From Draconibacterium sp. (GTDB taxonomy: Bacteria; Bacteroidota; Bacteroidia; Bacteroidales; Prolixibacteraceae), in assembly GCA_041739985.1 (NCBI GenBank), contig JBGSMW010000022.1, positions 1 to 64,000 of the forward strand: a DNA stretch of 64,000 nucleotides, written 5' to 3'. The notes beneath the pieces are model-generated. The model did not search any database and was not told the origin of the DNA. It saw nothing but the letters and a program-made list of their open reading frames with translations. This document shows positions 49,273-59,676 of this stretch, piece after piece (the stretch's first letter is position 1; each line of letters begins with the position of its first letter). The position numbers were made by a program, and so were the translations under genes.

Positions 49273-49418
49273 AATAGTCTAAAATTACTGTTTGTTTAGC
49301 AATTGCAATGTATAAAAAAAGTTAAAACAGAACAATTACAGAGCATAACCAACTATCGGGCAATTACATACAAATTTTTAGATGAAAATATGAGAAGTAG
49401 CACGGAATTATTTTTTAC

Positions 49419-49426
49419 TATTTTTG
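49419..49426 (+). promoter_or_regulatory. candidate Bacteroidetes -7 promoter box (TAnnTTTG)
   Basis: 'tatttttg' lies 63 nt upstream of the ATG at 49489. No convincing -33 TTTG element was seen. Confidence 0.2.
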
Positions 49427-49488
49427 TCCGTGCCAACAATGGCAAATAATTGTTGTTTGTTACGAAAAACAAAACATAAAGAATTAAA

Positions 49489-51153
49489 ATGACGAAAAAG
49501 TCGAAACTTACTATCTCCGCCCTCTTCAACGAGTCAGTGAAGAATTATTCAAACGAAAAATCGTTGGTTTTTGTGGGTGAAGAAAATTATACTTATCAGC
49601 AACTGGGTAATGATGCTAAACTTGTAGCTACCTTACTTTCTGAATTGGGTGTTGCAAAAGGTGATAAAGTAGCCATTTTGAGCACAAACATGCCCAATTG
49701 GGGCGTGGCATTTTTTGCAATTTCAATACTTGGGGCGGTTGTTGTGCCAATTTTACCCGATTTCCACGACAACGAAATCAAAACTATTATTGAACATTCT
49801 GAAGCAAAAATAATATTTGTTTCTGCTGGTTTATTTGGCAGTTTAACCAATGAATCAAAACAACTTCTCGACCAAATTATTCTTATTGAAAACTTTGCAG
49901 TAGTACTAAAACACACTACTATTCAAGAACTTAACGCTTTAAAATCTTCGTTACCGGCCTCTGTCAAAGAATCCATATTTGTTGAAGTTGAGGAAGAAGA
50001 TTTGGCATCTATAATTTATACTTCGGGAACTACTGGTAATTCGAAGGGGGTGATGCTTACACATAAAAACCTTGCCTGGACAACCCAACAATGTTATACG
50101 TTGCAAGAAATAAAATCCAGCGATCGTTTTATTTCGTTACTTCCCCTTTCGCATACTCTTGAAAATACGGTGGGATTTTTATTACCGATGAAATATGGAG
50201 CTTCAATTCACTATCTGCGCAAACCTCCTGTTCCAGCGGTTTTATTGCCAGCTTTGGAAGTGGTAAAACCTACAATCATGCTCGTTGTACCTTTAATTAT
50301 TGAAAAAGTTTTCAGAACTAAAATATATCCGGCATTTCAAAAAAGTCCTGTTACACGGTTTTTATATTCAGTAGCGGCAACACGGAAATTATTAAATAAA
50401 GTAGCGGCAAAAAAACTCCATAAAACATTTGGTGGGCAACTCCGGTTTTTCGGAATTGGCGGCGCTAAACTTGACCCAACTGTTGAAAGGTTTTTATATG
50501 AAGGTGGATTTCCGTATGCAATTGGCTATGGATTAACAGAAACTTCGCCGCTATTGGCAGGTGCAACCCCGGGCAAAACGAAAATCGGTTCAACAGGAAT
50601 CGCAATGGAAGGTGTGCAGTTGCGTATCGCAAATGCAAACCCGGAAACCGGAGAAGGCGAAATTCAGGCAAAAGGAGAAAATGTGATGCGTGGATATTAC
50701 AAAGCTCCCGAAATTACAAACGAAGTTTTTACCGAAGATGGTTGGTTTAAAACCGGGGATCGTGGTTGTTTCGACAAAAACAATATGCTTCACATTAAAG
50801 GCCGCATCAAAACTATGATAGTTGGAGCCAGTGGCGAGAATATTTATCCCGAAGAAATTGAATCGGTTATCAACAGGATGAGGTTTGTTCTTGAATCATT
50901 GGTTGTCGAAAAGAAAGGAAAACTTGTGGCAATGATACATTTGAACATGGAAGAAATTGAGAGTAATTTTAAACACATGAAAGAAGAAGCACAACTTTTT
51001 ATCCATGACAAATCAGAGGAGATTCTGAAGGAAATCCATAAAAAAGTGAACGAAGAAGTTAACAAGTTTTCACGGATACAACAGGTTGTTTTACAGAACG
51101 ATCCTTTTGAAAAAACTCCAACAAAAAAAATTAAACGGTTTTTATATGCATAA
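49489..51153 (+). CDS. AMP-dependent synthetase/ligase (long-chain-fatty-acid--CoA ligase-like)
   Basis: 554 aa. AMP-binding motif 'YTSGTTGNSKGV'. Also 'GYGLTE' and 'TGD...G...I.GR'. Confidence 0.8.
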   Translation: MTKKSKLTISALFNESVKNYSNEKSLVFVGEENYTYQQLGNDAKLVATLLSELGVAKGDKVAILSTNMPNWGVAFFAISILGAVVVPILPDFHDNEIKTIIEHSEAKIIFVSAGLFGSLTNESKQLLDQIILIENFAVVLKHTTIQELNALKSSLPASVKESIFVEVEEEDLASIIYTSGTTGNSKGVMLTHKNLAWTTQQCYTLQEIKSSDRFISLLPLSHTLENTVGFLLPMKYGASIHYLRKPPVPAVLLPALEVVKPTIMLVVPLIIEKVFRTKIYPAFQKSPVTRFLYSVAATRKLLNKVAAKKLHKTFGGQLRFFGIGGAKLDPTVERFLYEGGFPYAIGYGLTETSPLLAGATPGKTKIGSTGIAMEGVQLRIANANPETGEGEIQAKGENVMRGYYKAPEITNEVFTEDGWFKTGDRGCFDKNNMLHIKGRIKTMIVGASGENIYPEEIESVINRMRFVLESLVVEKKGKLVAMIHLNMEEIESNFKHMKEEAQLFIHDKSEEILKEIHKKVNEEVNKFSRIQQVVLQNDPFEKTPTKKIKRFLYA

Positions 51154-51225
51154 TGTGATTTGATTAACGTAACCACGACATATACCAGCATATAAAAGAC
51201 AAAAGATTGTTGATTTCATGAGGTA

Positions 51226-51268
51226 AAAATGGAAAGTCAGACTTACTGGGTTTCCATTTTTTTATTTT
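51226..51268 (+). terminator. rho-independent terminator after the ligase gene
   Basis: aaaaatggaaa ... tttccattttt stem (loop gtcagacttactggg with an internal cag/ctg pair), then tttattttag. Confidence 0.55.
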
Positions 51269-51317
51269 AGTTGAATTTAAAATGTTAATTTTGCGCCGAT
51301 TAAAATGCGAAGAGCAA

Positions 51318-52487
51318 ATGGTTACTGAATCAAGATATAGCGCAAGGGGAGTTTCAGCATCCAAGGAAGATGTGCATGAGGCAATTAAAAATGTGGATAA
51401 AGGAATTTTTCCTAAAGCATTTTGCAAAATTGTTCCCGACATTCTGGGAGGAGATGCAGACTGGTGCAATATTATGCACGCTGATGGAGCAGGAACAAAA
51501 TCTTCATTGGCTTATCTTTACTGGAAAGAAACAGGTGACCTTTCGGTTTGGAAAGGTATAGCTCAGGATGCGTTAATTATGAATGTTGACGACCTGTTAT
51601 GTGTAGGTGCAACCGAAAATATACTGGTTTCTTCAACCATTGGAAGAAATAAAAACAACATTCCAGGCGAAGTTATTTCAACAATTATTAATGGCACTGA
51701 AGAACTACTTGCCAAGCTTCGCGAATTGGGAATCAGCATTTATTCCACAGGTGGGGAAACTGCTGATGTTGGCGATTTGGTGCGGACAATCATAGTGGAT
51801 TCAACCGTTACATGCCGGATGAAACGTGATGATGTTATTACAGCCGACCGGATTTCGGCAGGAGACGTAATTATCGGACTTTCATCATCAGGCAAGGCAA
51901 CATACGAAACAGAATATAACGGAGGAATGGGAAGCAACGGCTTAACATCAGCCCGTCACGATGTTTTTGCCAAATACCTTTCTGAAAAATACCCCGAAAG
52001 TTTTGATTCAGCGGTTCCTGCAGATTTAGTTTATTCAGGAAATTACAAACTCACTGACAAAATTGAAAATTTGGATATTGATGCCGGTAAACTCGTCCTT
52101 TCGCCTACCCGTACATATGCACCTGTAATTAAAAAAGTACTTGATAAATTTCGCAGGCAGATTTCCGGAATGATACATTGTTCGGGTGGAGCACAAACCA
52201 AGGTGTTGCATTTTGTTGATAATGTGCATGTAATAAAAGACAATATGTTTCCTGTACCTCCTCTTTTCAGAATTATTCAGGAACAATCGGGAACAGACTG
52301 GAAAGAGATGTACAAAGTTTTTAATATGGGACACCGCTTTGAAATTTATACAAAACCTGAAATTGCGGATGAAATCATTTCAATTTCGAAATCATTCAAT
52401 ATCGATGCAAAAATTGTTGGTCGGGTTGAAGATTTTGATGGGAAGAAATTGACAATAATTTCAGAAAATGGAGAATTTGAATATTAA
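51318..52487 (+). CDS. AIR synthase-related (PurM-like) protein of unknown specific function
   Basis: PurM-like N- and C-terminal domains ('DADWCNIMHADGAGTK', 'GGETADVGD'). The ORF track starts at 51282; homolog-like start is 'MVTESRYSARGVS'. Confidence 0.6.
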   Translation: MVTESRYSARGVSASKEDVHEAIKNVDKGIFPKAFCKIVPDILGGDADWCNIMHADGAGTKSSLAYLYWKETGDLSVWKGIAQDALIMNVDDLLCVGATENILVSSTIGRNKNNIPGEVISTIINGTEELLAKLRELGISIYSTGGETADVGDLVRTIIVDSTVTCRMKRDDVITADRISAGDVIIGLSSSGKATYETEYNGGMGSNGLTSARHDVFAKYLSEKYPESFDSAVPADLVYSGNYKLTDKIENLDIDAGKLVLSPTRTYAPVIKKVLDKFRRQISGMIHCSGGAQTKVLHFVDNVHVIKDNMFPVPPLFRIIQEQSGTDWKEMYKVFNMGHRFEIYTKPEIADEIISISKSFNIDAKIVGRVEDFDGKKLTIISENGEFEY

Positions 52488-52510
52488 ATCGTGCAGAGTA
52501 TTTTAAAAAA

Positions 52511-52825
52511 ATGGTTCAACTCATAGAAAAAAATATCGATCGGATTAGACAACTTTTTCATTACCATAAAATTGAAAGGGCCTATGTTTTTGGTTCTGCC
52601 TTAACATCTGATTTTAATGACACCAGCGATCTGGACTTTTTAGTCAAATTTAAAACCGGAATTGATCCTCTTGAAAAAGGAGAGCATTGGTGGAACCTGC
52701 ATGATAAATTAAGGGAACTTTTTAAACGGGAGATTGATATTGTCACAGAAAATTCGCTTAAAAATCCCTATTTCATTGCTGAACTGGAAAAAACTAAAGT
52801 ATTGATTTATGGAGAACAAGATTAA
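52511..52825 (+). CDS. mntA: MNT-type nucleotidyltransferase antitoxin (third HepT/MNT module)
   Basis: 104 aa with 'GSALTSDFNDTSDLDFLV'. Confidence 0.7.
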   Translation: MVQLIEKNIDRIRQLFHYHKIERAYVFGSALTSDFNDTSDLDFLVKFKTGIDPLEKGEHWWNLHDKLRELFKREIDIVTENSLKNPYFIAELEKTKVLIYGEQD

Positions 52826-53144
52826 TAAACTTCTGTTTGACATTCTTACTTCTATAAATAATATTGACGAATATTTAGGTGAAAAGAAGGTTTTCGAAAT
52901 ATATGATTCAAATCGTATGTTGCAGAATGCTGTGGAAAGAAATCTTGAAATTATTGGGGAAGCAGTGAGCAGGATATTGCAACTGGATCAAAAGATTCAG
53001 ATAAGCAATTCCAGAAGGATAGTTGATGCCCGGAATAAAATTATTCATGGTTACGACGAAATTGAAAATGCTCAAATCTGGGGAATTATTGTTAATCATT
53101 TACCACAACTAAAAAAAGATGTGGTAAAAATGTTAGAAAATTAA
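52809..53144 (+). CDS. hepT: HepT-like (DUF86) RNase toxin (third module)
   Basis: 111 aa. Rx4HxY motif 'RNKIIHGY'. Overlaps the MNT gene by 17 nt. Confidence 0.7.
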   Translation: MENKINKLLFDILTSINNIDEYLGEKKVFEIYDSNRMLQNAVERNLEIIGEAVSRILQLDQKIQISNSRRIVDARNKIIHGYDEIENAQIWGIIVNHLPQLKKDVVKMLEN

Positions 53145-53146
53145 TT

Positions 53147-54232
53147 ATGGCACAATACGAATTACTAGAAAAATACGAATCAATAAGACACCGCTTTGAA
53201 GAGGTTCAGCAGCAAATAACCGATCCGGCTATAATGAACGACATGAAACGGTATGTTAAACTGAACCAGGAATATAAAAACCTTGAAAAGTTGGTATTAG
53301 TTTTCCGTGAATATAAAAACATGGTTGACAGCATTGAATCAGGCAAAGAAATTCTTGAACAGGAAACCGATAAAGAGTTGCGCGAAATGGCCTGGGAAGA
53401 AATAGAAATGGCTGAAAAGATGATTCCTGAAAAGGAAAAGGAAATTAAGTTTCTTTTGGTGCCCGCTGATCCCGAAGACAGTAAAAACTGTATTCTTGAA
53501 ATTCGTGCCGGAACCGGTGGCGATGAAGCAAGTATATTCGCGGGTGACTTGTTTAAAATGTATTCAAAATTCTGCGAACAAAAGGGTTGGCGGCTTGAGG
53601 TTACCAACATGAACGAAGGAACTTCAGGTGGCTACAAAGAAATTGTGGCAACCATTTCAGGAGAAAATGTTTACGGTGTAATGAAATACGAATCGGGCGT
53701 GCACCGTGTACAGCGTGTCCCGCAAACTGAAACACAGGGTCGGGTGCATACTTCGGCAGCCACAGTTGCTGTTTTACCCGAAGCAGAGGAATTTGACATT
53801 GATTTGAGAGAAAGTGATATCCGCAAAGATACTTACTGTTCATCGGGCCCTGGAGGTCAGTCGGTAAATACAACTTATTCTGCCATTCGTTTAACACACA
53901 TTCCAACAGGAATTGTAGTTACCTGTCAGGATCAAAAGTCTCAGTTAAAAAACCTCGCCAAAGCTATGATTGAGCTGCGTTCAAGGATTTACGCCATGGA
54001 ACACCAAAAATATTTGGATGAAATATCATCGAAAAGAAAAACAATGGTTTCCACCGGCGACCGCTCAGCAAAAATCAGAACATACAACTGGCCGCAGGGA
54101 CGAGTTACCGACCACCGTATTAACCTGACTTTGTACAACCTGCAGGCAATTGTTAACGGCGATATCGATGAAATAATTGAAAAACTGTCAATCGAAGAAA
54201 ACGCTGAAAAGCTGAAAGAGGCGGAAATTTAA
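53147..54232 (+). CDS. prfA: peptide chain release factor 1
   Basis: 361 aa. GGQ motif 'SGPGGQSVN'. PxT-type recognition region. Starts 2 nt after the hepT stop. Confidence 0.85.
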   Translation: MAQYELLEKYESIRHRFEEVQQQITDPAIMNDMKRYVKLNQEYKNLEKLVLVFREYKNMVDSIESGKEILEQETDKELREMAWEEIEMAEKMIPEKEKEIKFLLVPADPEDSKNCILEIRAGTGGDEASIFAGDLFKMYSKFCEQKGWRLEVTNMNEGTSGGYKEIVATISGENVYGVMKYESGVHRVQRVPQTETQGRVHTSAATVAVLPEAEEFDIDLRESDIRKDTYCSSGPGGQSVNTTYSAIRLTHIPTGIVVTCQDQKSQLKNLAKAMIELRSRIYAMEHQKYLDEISSKRKTMVSTGDRSAKIRTYNWPQGRVTDHRINLTLYNLQAIVNGDIDEIIEKLSIEENAEKLKEAEI

Positions 54233-54440
54233 AAGGCCCCATCCCCGGCCCTTCCCCGAAAGGGAAGGGAGGAAGAACGGGCACATTAGAGATGTATATC
54301 TTTGGAACAGGTCTTCACTGGCCTGACCTTGATGAGGATTTATCAATAATCGGAATTATGGAAGGAAAATACGGTTACTAAAAAATAAACAGATTATTAA
54401 TCAACATCTTCCCCCATTGGGGGAATAAAAGGGGGCTACT
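54233..54440. repeat. GC-rich MITE-like intergenic element, copy 2
   Basis: Left end 'aaGGCCCCatccccggCCCTTCCCcgaaaGGGAAGGGaggaagaa' has an 8-bp stem that carries a T/A insertion relative to copy 1. Right end is 'tCCCCCattGGGGGaataaaaGGGGGCTactaaa', then ATG 54444. Interior unrelated to copy 1. Confidence 0.6.
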
Positions 54441-54443
54441 AAA

Positions 54444-55277
54444 ATGAATCAACAACAACTTTTTGAACAGATACAAAAAAAACGCAGTTTTCTTTGCGTT
54501 GGCCTGGACACTGATATCCTGAAAATCCCAAAATATTTGCTGGATACATCAGATCCAATATTTTCATTTAATAAGAAAATAATTGATGCGACAGCAGAAT
54601 TTTCAGTTGCATACAAACCCAATCTGGCTTTTTATGAAAGTTTAGGTTCAAAAGGGTTGGAAAGCCTTGAAAAAACTGTGCATTATGTTCGTGAAAAGTA
54701 CCCCGATTTGTTTTTGATTGCCGATGCCAAACGAGGTGATATTGGAAACACCTCCAATTTGTATGCGCGGGCATTTTTCGAACACATGGATTTTGATGCG
54801 GTTACTGTTGCCCCATATATGGGAGAAGATTCAGTAAAACCGTTTATGACATACATTGACAAATGGGTAATCCTGCTCGCACTTACTTCAAATAAAGGCG
54901 CTTTCGATTTTCAGTTTTTAAAAGACGACAAAAGTGGCGATTTACTTTTTGAATCGGTTTTAAAAACTTCACAAAACTGGGGAAGTAACGAGAATATGAT
55001 GTACGTGGTTGGCGCAACAAAAGCCGAAAAACTAAAGGAAATCCGTGAAATCGTCCCCAATCATTTTCTTTTGGTTCCAGGAGTTGGAGCGCAGGGCGGA
55101 AGTTTGCAGGAAGTAGCAAAATACGGAATGAACAGCAACTGCGGCTTGCTTGTAAATTCTTCAAGAGCAATTATATATGCTTCAACCGGTGAAGATTTTG
55201 CAGAAAAAGCCAGTGAAGCTGCCAAAGAAGTTCAGCAGGAAATGGAACAGCTTTTAAAAGAAGCAAGTTTGATTTAG
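54444..55277 (+). CDS. pyrF: orotidine 5'-phosphate decarboxylase (type 2)
   Basis: 277 aa with the '[10 protein letters not shown]' active-site block. Confidence 0.8.
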   Translation: MNQQQLFEQIQKKRSFLCVGLDTDILKIPKYLLDTSDPIFSFNKKIIDATAEFSVAYKPNLAFYESLGSKGLESLEKTVHYVREKYPDLFLIADAKRGDIGNTSNLYARAFFEHMDFDAVTVAPYMGEDSVKPFMTYIDKWVILLALTSNKGAFDFQFLKDDKSGDLLFESVLKTSQNWGSNENMMYVVGATKAEKLKEIREIVPNHFLLVPGVGAQGGSLQEVAKYGMNSNCGLLVNSSRAIIYASTGEDFAEKASEAAKEVQQEMEQLLKEASLI

Positions 55278-55302
55278 AATCGCAATAAAATTATATTTTA
55301 AT

Positions 55303-55334
55303 GAAGGCCATCACATTTGAGATGGCCTTTTTTC
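55303..55334 (+). terminator. rho-independent terminator after pyrF
   Basis: gaaggccatc / gatggcctt stem, loop acatttga, then U6. Confidence 0.7.
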
Positions 55335-55420
55335 AAGCCCTTTATTAATATTGGATGTTTTCTGAAATGGTTATATTTGTTCATCTTCGAAAGTAATTTT
55401 ACCAATTAAAGCCGAATAAG

Positions 55421-56875
55421 ATGAAAAAAACTGCTATTCTCTTTGCCTTCCTTTTTGCTTTTTTACTTTTTTCATGTTCAACAAAAACAGAAGTTAAAAA
55501 ATCACCTCAGTCTCCCAACTTTGTGGTAGTTTTTATTGATGACATGGGGTATGGCGATATTGGCACACAAGGTGCAACGGGCTGGACCACACCCAATCTC
55601 GATAAAATGGCGGCTGAAGGTATGCGATTCACAAATTTTTACTCAGCTCAACCGGTTTGCAGTGCTTCGCGGGCGGGATTGTTAACTGGTTGCTACCCAA
55701 ACCGCATCGGGATTTCAGGCGCACTTTTCCCGCATGATACAGTCGGAATTAGTTCAAATGAAACAACAATTGCCGAAATGCTTAAAGAAAAGGGATATGC
55801 TACAGCAATTTTTGGCAAATGGCATTTAGGCCATCACAAAGAATTTCTTCCACTACAAAATGGATTTGATGAATATGTCGGGCTTCCATATTCAAATGAT
55901 ATGTGGCCAATTGGAGTTGACGGTAAACGCCGTACAGGAGAAAAATGGGATACATATCCCGACCTTCCATTAATTGAAGGTAACGAAACGCTCGAATTAA
56001 TTACAGACTTAAAAGGCCAGGATAAATTAACAACACTTTACACCGAAAAAGCTGTCGATTTTATAAACAGAAATTCCAACAAACCCTTTTTCCTCTATGT
56101 TCCGCACACAATGGGGCATATTCCATTGGGCGTATCCGATAAATTTCGTGGAAAAAGCGAACAAGGTTTTTATGGCGATGTGATGATGGAAATTGATTGG
56201 TCTGTTGGCGAAATTGAAAAAGCTTTACATGCAAACGGTATTTCGGAAAACACAGTTTTTATTTTCACAACCGATAATGGCCCGTGGCTGAATTTTGGAA
56301 ATCATGCCGGTTCGGCAGGTGGGTTGCGTGAAGGAAAAACCACAAGCTGGGAAGGCGGACAGCGTGTTCCGTTTATAATAAAATGGCCGGCAAATACGCC
56401 TTCTGGAACCATTTGTAACAAACTGGGCTGCGCGGTAGATATTTTACCAAGCTTTGCAAAAATTGCAGGAGCTAATCTGCCTTCATTAAAAATTGACGGT
56501 GTTGATATTACTGACCTTTGGAAAGGAAACACTGATGCTGAACCCCGCGACAATGTTTTGTTTTACTACGGAAAAAACAACCTGAATGGCGTACGGAAAG
56601 GGAACTGGAAATTGGTTTTGCCACACACATGGCAATCATACAATACCGAACCCGGGAAAGATGGATACGGTGGTAAAAGAATAAGTATGAAAGTTGAAAA
56701 ACCAGAACTGTACAACATGATGCGCGACCCGGGAGAACAATACAATGTAATTGATTTTTATTCCGAAAAAGCAGCCGAGATAATGCAATTAGTTGAAGCT
56801 GCCCGAAATGAACTGGGAGATTTAAATGTTGGCCTTGAAAAAGGATCTGAAAATCGTGAGATTGGTGGAAGGTAA
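55421..56875 (+). CDS. sulfatase (arylsulfatase-family)
   Basis: 484 aa with signal peptide. Signature region 'PVCSASRAGLLTGCYPNR'. Metal-binding 'VVFIDDMGYGD'. Confidence 0.75.
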   Translation: MKKTAILFAFLFAFLLFSCSTKTEVKKSPQSPNFVVVFIDDMGYGDIGTQGATGWTTPNLDKMAAEGMRFTNFYSAQPVCSASRAGLLTGCYPNRIGISGALFPHDTVGISSNETTIAEMLKEKGYATAIFGKWHLGHHKEFLPLQNGFDEYVGLPYSNDMWPIGVDGKRRTGEKWDTYPDLPLIEGNETLELITDLKGQDKLTTLYTEKAVDFINRNSNKPFFLYVPHTMGHIPLGVSDKFRGKSEQGFYGDVMMEIDWSVGEIEKALHANGISENTVFIFTTDNGPWLNFGNHAGSAGGLREGKTTSWEGGQRVPFIIKWPANTPSGTICNKLGCAVDILPSFAKIAGANLPSLKIDGVDITDLWKGNTDAEPRDNVLFYYGKNNLNGVRKGNWKLVLPHTWQSYNTEPGKDGYGGKRISMKVEKPELYNMMRDPGEQYNVIDFYSEKAAEIMQLVEAARNELGDLNVGLEKGSENREIGGR

Positions 56876-56976
56876 ATACAAACTATACATTATTCGATAC
56901 ATTCCTTTTAACAAATCGGATATTGTATTACCCATGTCAATTTTTAACTTTATCCGTTCATGCCAAATCGAATAAA

Positions 56977-58335
56977 ATGTCCACATCATTTCTCATATTC
57001 ATCGTAATTTCAGCAGTTGCACTGTTGCTTTTTATGGTACTGAAATTGAAAGTCAGTGCATTTATTTCCTTGTTGATTACAGCCATTTATGTGGGAATTA
57101 TTGCCGGAATGCCATTGAAAAACGTAACTAAAGCGATACAGGATGGAATGGCCGGAACCCTTGGATTTGTTGCTACTGTGGTTGGTCTGGGTGCAATTTT
57201 CGGGCAAATGCTTGAAAGTTCCGGGGGGGCTGAATCACTGGCCCGTTCATTACTTAAGAAGTTTGGGACAAAACGTGCACCCTGGGCGATGGTGGTTACC
57301 GGATTTGTTGTGGCAATTCCTGTTTTTCTGGATGTTGGCTTTATTATTCTTGTCCCAATCATTTATGCGCTTTCACGCGACTCCAAAAAATCGTTGCTCT
57401 ATTATGGTATTCCATTGCTGGCTGGATTGGCAGTTACCCACAGTTTTGTTCCTCCAACACCAGGACCGGTTGCGGTGGCCGACATAATAAACGTTCAATT
57501 GGGCTGGGTCATTTTTCTGGGTATAATCATCGGATTTCCTATTGCAATAATTGCCGGACCGATTTGGGGAAGTTACATTTCAAAGAGGATTTATATTGAA
57601 GCGCCTACCGAATTGTATAAGCCCGAGTCAAAGGATTACGATGAAAACAATCTTCCTGCCTTTTCAATTATTGCGTTAATTATTTCCATTCCACTGGTTT
57701 TAATTCTACTAAACACCTTTACAGGTCTAGCTGTGGAAAAAGGGATTTTCGAACGATCCATTTTTACCGAGGTCATAGAATTTGTGGGGCATCCATTTTC
57801 CGCATTGATACTTGCAACATTAATAGCCTCCTATTTTTTGTGCATAAAACGCGGGATGGACAAACAGAAAGTTCTCGAATTAAGCACAAAAGCATTGGGT
57901 CCAGCTGGGATTATCATTCTAATTACAGGTGCCGGTGGCGTATTAAAACAGGTTCTAATTGACAGCGGGATTGGTAAAATCATGGCCGAATCAATGTCCA
58001 GTTCCGCTTTACCACCTATTTTACTTGCCTGGCTGCTGGCAGCTGTTGTTCGGGTTACACAAGGGTCAGCAACCGTTGCAATGATTACTGCCGCCGGAAT
58101 TATTGCACCTGTTTTAGGCGAATTTGGATTAAACGATCCGCAACGTGCATTGATTGTATTGGCAATTGCATCGGGTGCAACTTTACTTTCTCATGTTAAC
58201 GATAGTGGTTTCTGGCTGGTTGGAAAATACTTCGGAATGAATGAAAAACAAACCCTCCAATCATGGACAGTAATGGAATCCATAATTGCGGTTTGTGGGC
58301 TGGCATTTACAATGTTGGCGAGTTTGTTTTTTTAA
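56977..58335 (+). CDS. GntP-family (gluconate:H+ symporter-like) permease
   Basis: Polytopic, ~12 TM, with GntP-like blocks 'AGGAESLA', 'ITGAGG'. The ORF track starts at 56923. Confidence 0.65.
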   Translation: MSTSFLIFIVISAVALLLFMVLKLKVSAFISLLITAIYVGIIAGMPLKNVTKAIQDGMAGTLGFVATVVGLGAIFGQMLESSGGAESLARSLLKKFGTKRAPWAMVVTGFVVAIPVFLDVGFIILVPIIYALSRDSKKSLLYYGIPLLAGLAVTHSFVPPTPGPVAVADIINVQLGWVIFLGIIIGFPIAIIAGPIWGSYISKRIYIEAPTELYKPESKDYDENNLPAFSIIALIISIPLVLILLNTFTGLAVEKGIFERSIFTEVIEFVGHPFSALILATLIASYFLCIKRGMDKQKVLELSTKALGPAGIIILITGAGGVLKQVLIDSGIGKIMAESMSSSALPPILLAWLLAAVVRVTQGSATVAMITAAGIIAPVLGEFGLNDPQRALIVLAIASGATLLSHVNDSGFWLVGKYFGMNEKQTLQSWTVMESIIAVCGLAFTMLASLFF

Positions 58336-58419
58336 CTCACTTTAAAGATTTGACGTTTTGCGGTTAGAAATATTTTGAGATTTGTGTATTGTTTTTTGGG
58401 AATTTCTAATTTCGCAGAC

Positions 58420-58872
58420 ATGAAATTTGAATTCAAAAAATTCCCGGAATTAACCCTCGATGAACTTTACGAAATCATTCAACTTCGCGCTGAAATATTT
58501 GTTGTTGAACAGGATTGCATTTACAACGATTTGGATGGATTGGATAAATTGGCAGTACATCAGTTTTCAAAAATAGACGGAAAAATTGTTGCATATTCCC
58601 GATTGCTAAAACCCGGCACCCGCTTTCCTGAATATTCGATTGGAAGGGTGGTTGTTAAACAATCAGTGCGCGGCACAGGACTTGGGATTGAGATGATGAA
58701 CGAAGCAAAGAATTTCATTTTAAAAGAATGGAATGCCACAAAAATCAAGATCAGTGCACAGAAATACCTTCGAAAGTTTTATGAAAATCTTGGTTTTGAA
58801 ATTGTAAAAGATGAATATCTCGAAGATGGAATACCGCATTATGGGATGGTTTATCAACAAAAATCTAATTGA
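58420..58872 (+). CDS. GNAT acetyltransferase (ElaA-like)
   Basis: 'LYEIIQLRAEIFVVEQDCIY' resembles the ElaA N-terminus. Has the 'GTGLG..MM' motif. The ORF track starts at 58375. Confidence 0.6.
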   Translation: MKFEFKKFPELTLDELYEIIQLRAEIFVVEQDCIYNDLDGLDKLAVHQFSKIDGKIVAYSRLLKPGTRFPEYSIGRVVVKQSVRGTGLGIEMMNEAKNFILKEWNATKIKISAQKYLRKFYENLGFEIVKDEYLEDGIPHYGMVYQQKSN

Positions 58873-58878
58873 AATTCA

Positions 58879-59622
58879 ATGATTTTACGATCTTCGTTAT
58901 TTGTTTTTTTCCTGATTTTCCTATTACCAGATGCATTTCCCGCCGAAAATGACACAACAATTCAACAAATATTTAATCTAATTTATAACCAGCAATTTTC
59001 AGAAGCAGAAAAAGCATTGGAAAGAAACAAAACTCAAATGGATCCGTTTTACCACAACATTCTTAAACTCGATTTATTTTGGTGGAAATACAGCTTATCG
59101 AAATCGAAATATGATGCAAAAGTTTTGAACGAGGTATTACAGGAATTCGATAATACTAACCAAATTTCTCGTGAAGCCAAAATCAACAAGTTGATCAGAT
59201 CATCCTACAAAATGCGTTATGAAATAAAAAGATACAATTTCGTGGGTGCATTTATTATTCGTTCGGATGTTCGCAATCAAATTGAAAACCTCGGGAAAGA
59301 AGATCTCGCTTTTTTGGGAGACAAAAGAAATTTATTTGATTTTTTCCTTACCCTTTTTGATTATTTCGATGAAAATATGAATCCGTTTTCGTTTGGCAGC
59401 AAATCAGAAAAATATTTACAATCACTTTCAACTCTTGAAAAATACAGTCGCGAAGAAGATTTGATTTTGTCAACAATGGCGCATTATTTTTTGGGAAGGA
59501 TATATGCAAAGGTGGAAAAACAACCGGAAAAAGGGCAGGTACATTTTAAGATGCTTTCCGAAAGATTTCCCAAAAACACCTTATTTGGGGAACTTGCTAA
59601 CGGATTAATTTCAAAGTTTTAG
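58879..59622 (+). CDS. hypothetical secreted protein
   Basis: 247 aa with signal peptide. Helical, possibly TPR-like. No family recognized. Confidence 0.45.
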   Translation: MILRSSLFVFFLIFLLPDAFPAENDTTIQQIFNLIYNQQFSEAEKALERNKTQMDPFYHNILKLDLFWWKYSLSKSKYDAKVLNEVLQEFDNTNQISREAKINKLIRSSYKMRYEIKRYNFVGAFIIRSDVRNQIENLGKEDLAFLGDKRNLFDFFLTLFDYFDENMNPFSFGSKSEKYLQSLSTLEKYSREEDLILSTMAHYFLGRIYAKVEKQPEKGQVHFKMLSERFPKNTLFGELANGLISKF

Positions 59623-59676
59623 AGTTAAAAGGAAGACTGAAAATGGACGTTGTCAGGATAAAAATCTAAATAAATT

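Noticed and set aside
49419-49426. Systematic Bacteroidetes promoter (-33 TTTG / -7 TAnnTTTG) calls for all operons
   Set aside because: In ~37% GC sequence near-matches occur too often to call by eye. Only one clean -7 match is listed, at low confidence.
54357-54380. Mini-ORF ATGGAAGGAAAATACGGTTACTAA (MEGKYGY*) inside the copy-2 element, considered as a pyrF leader peptide
   Set aside because: No pyrimidine-attenuation logic (no U-rich or codon bias relevant to UTP/CTP sensing). The interior of the element is not conserved between copies, so it is probably chance.
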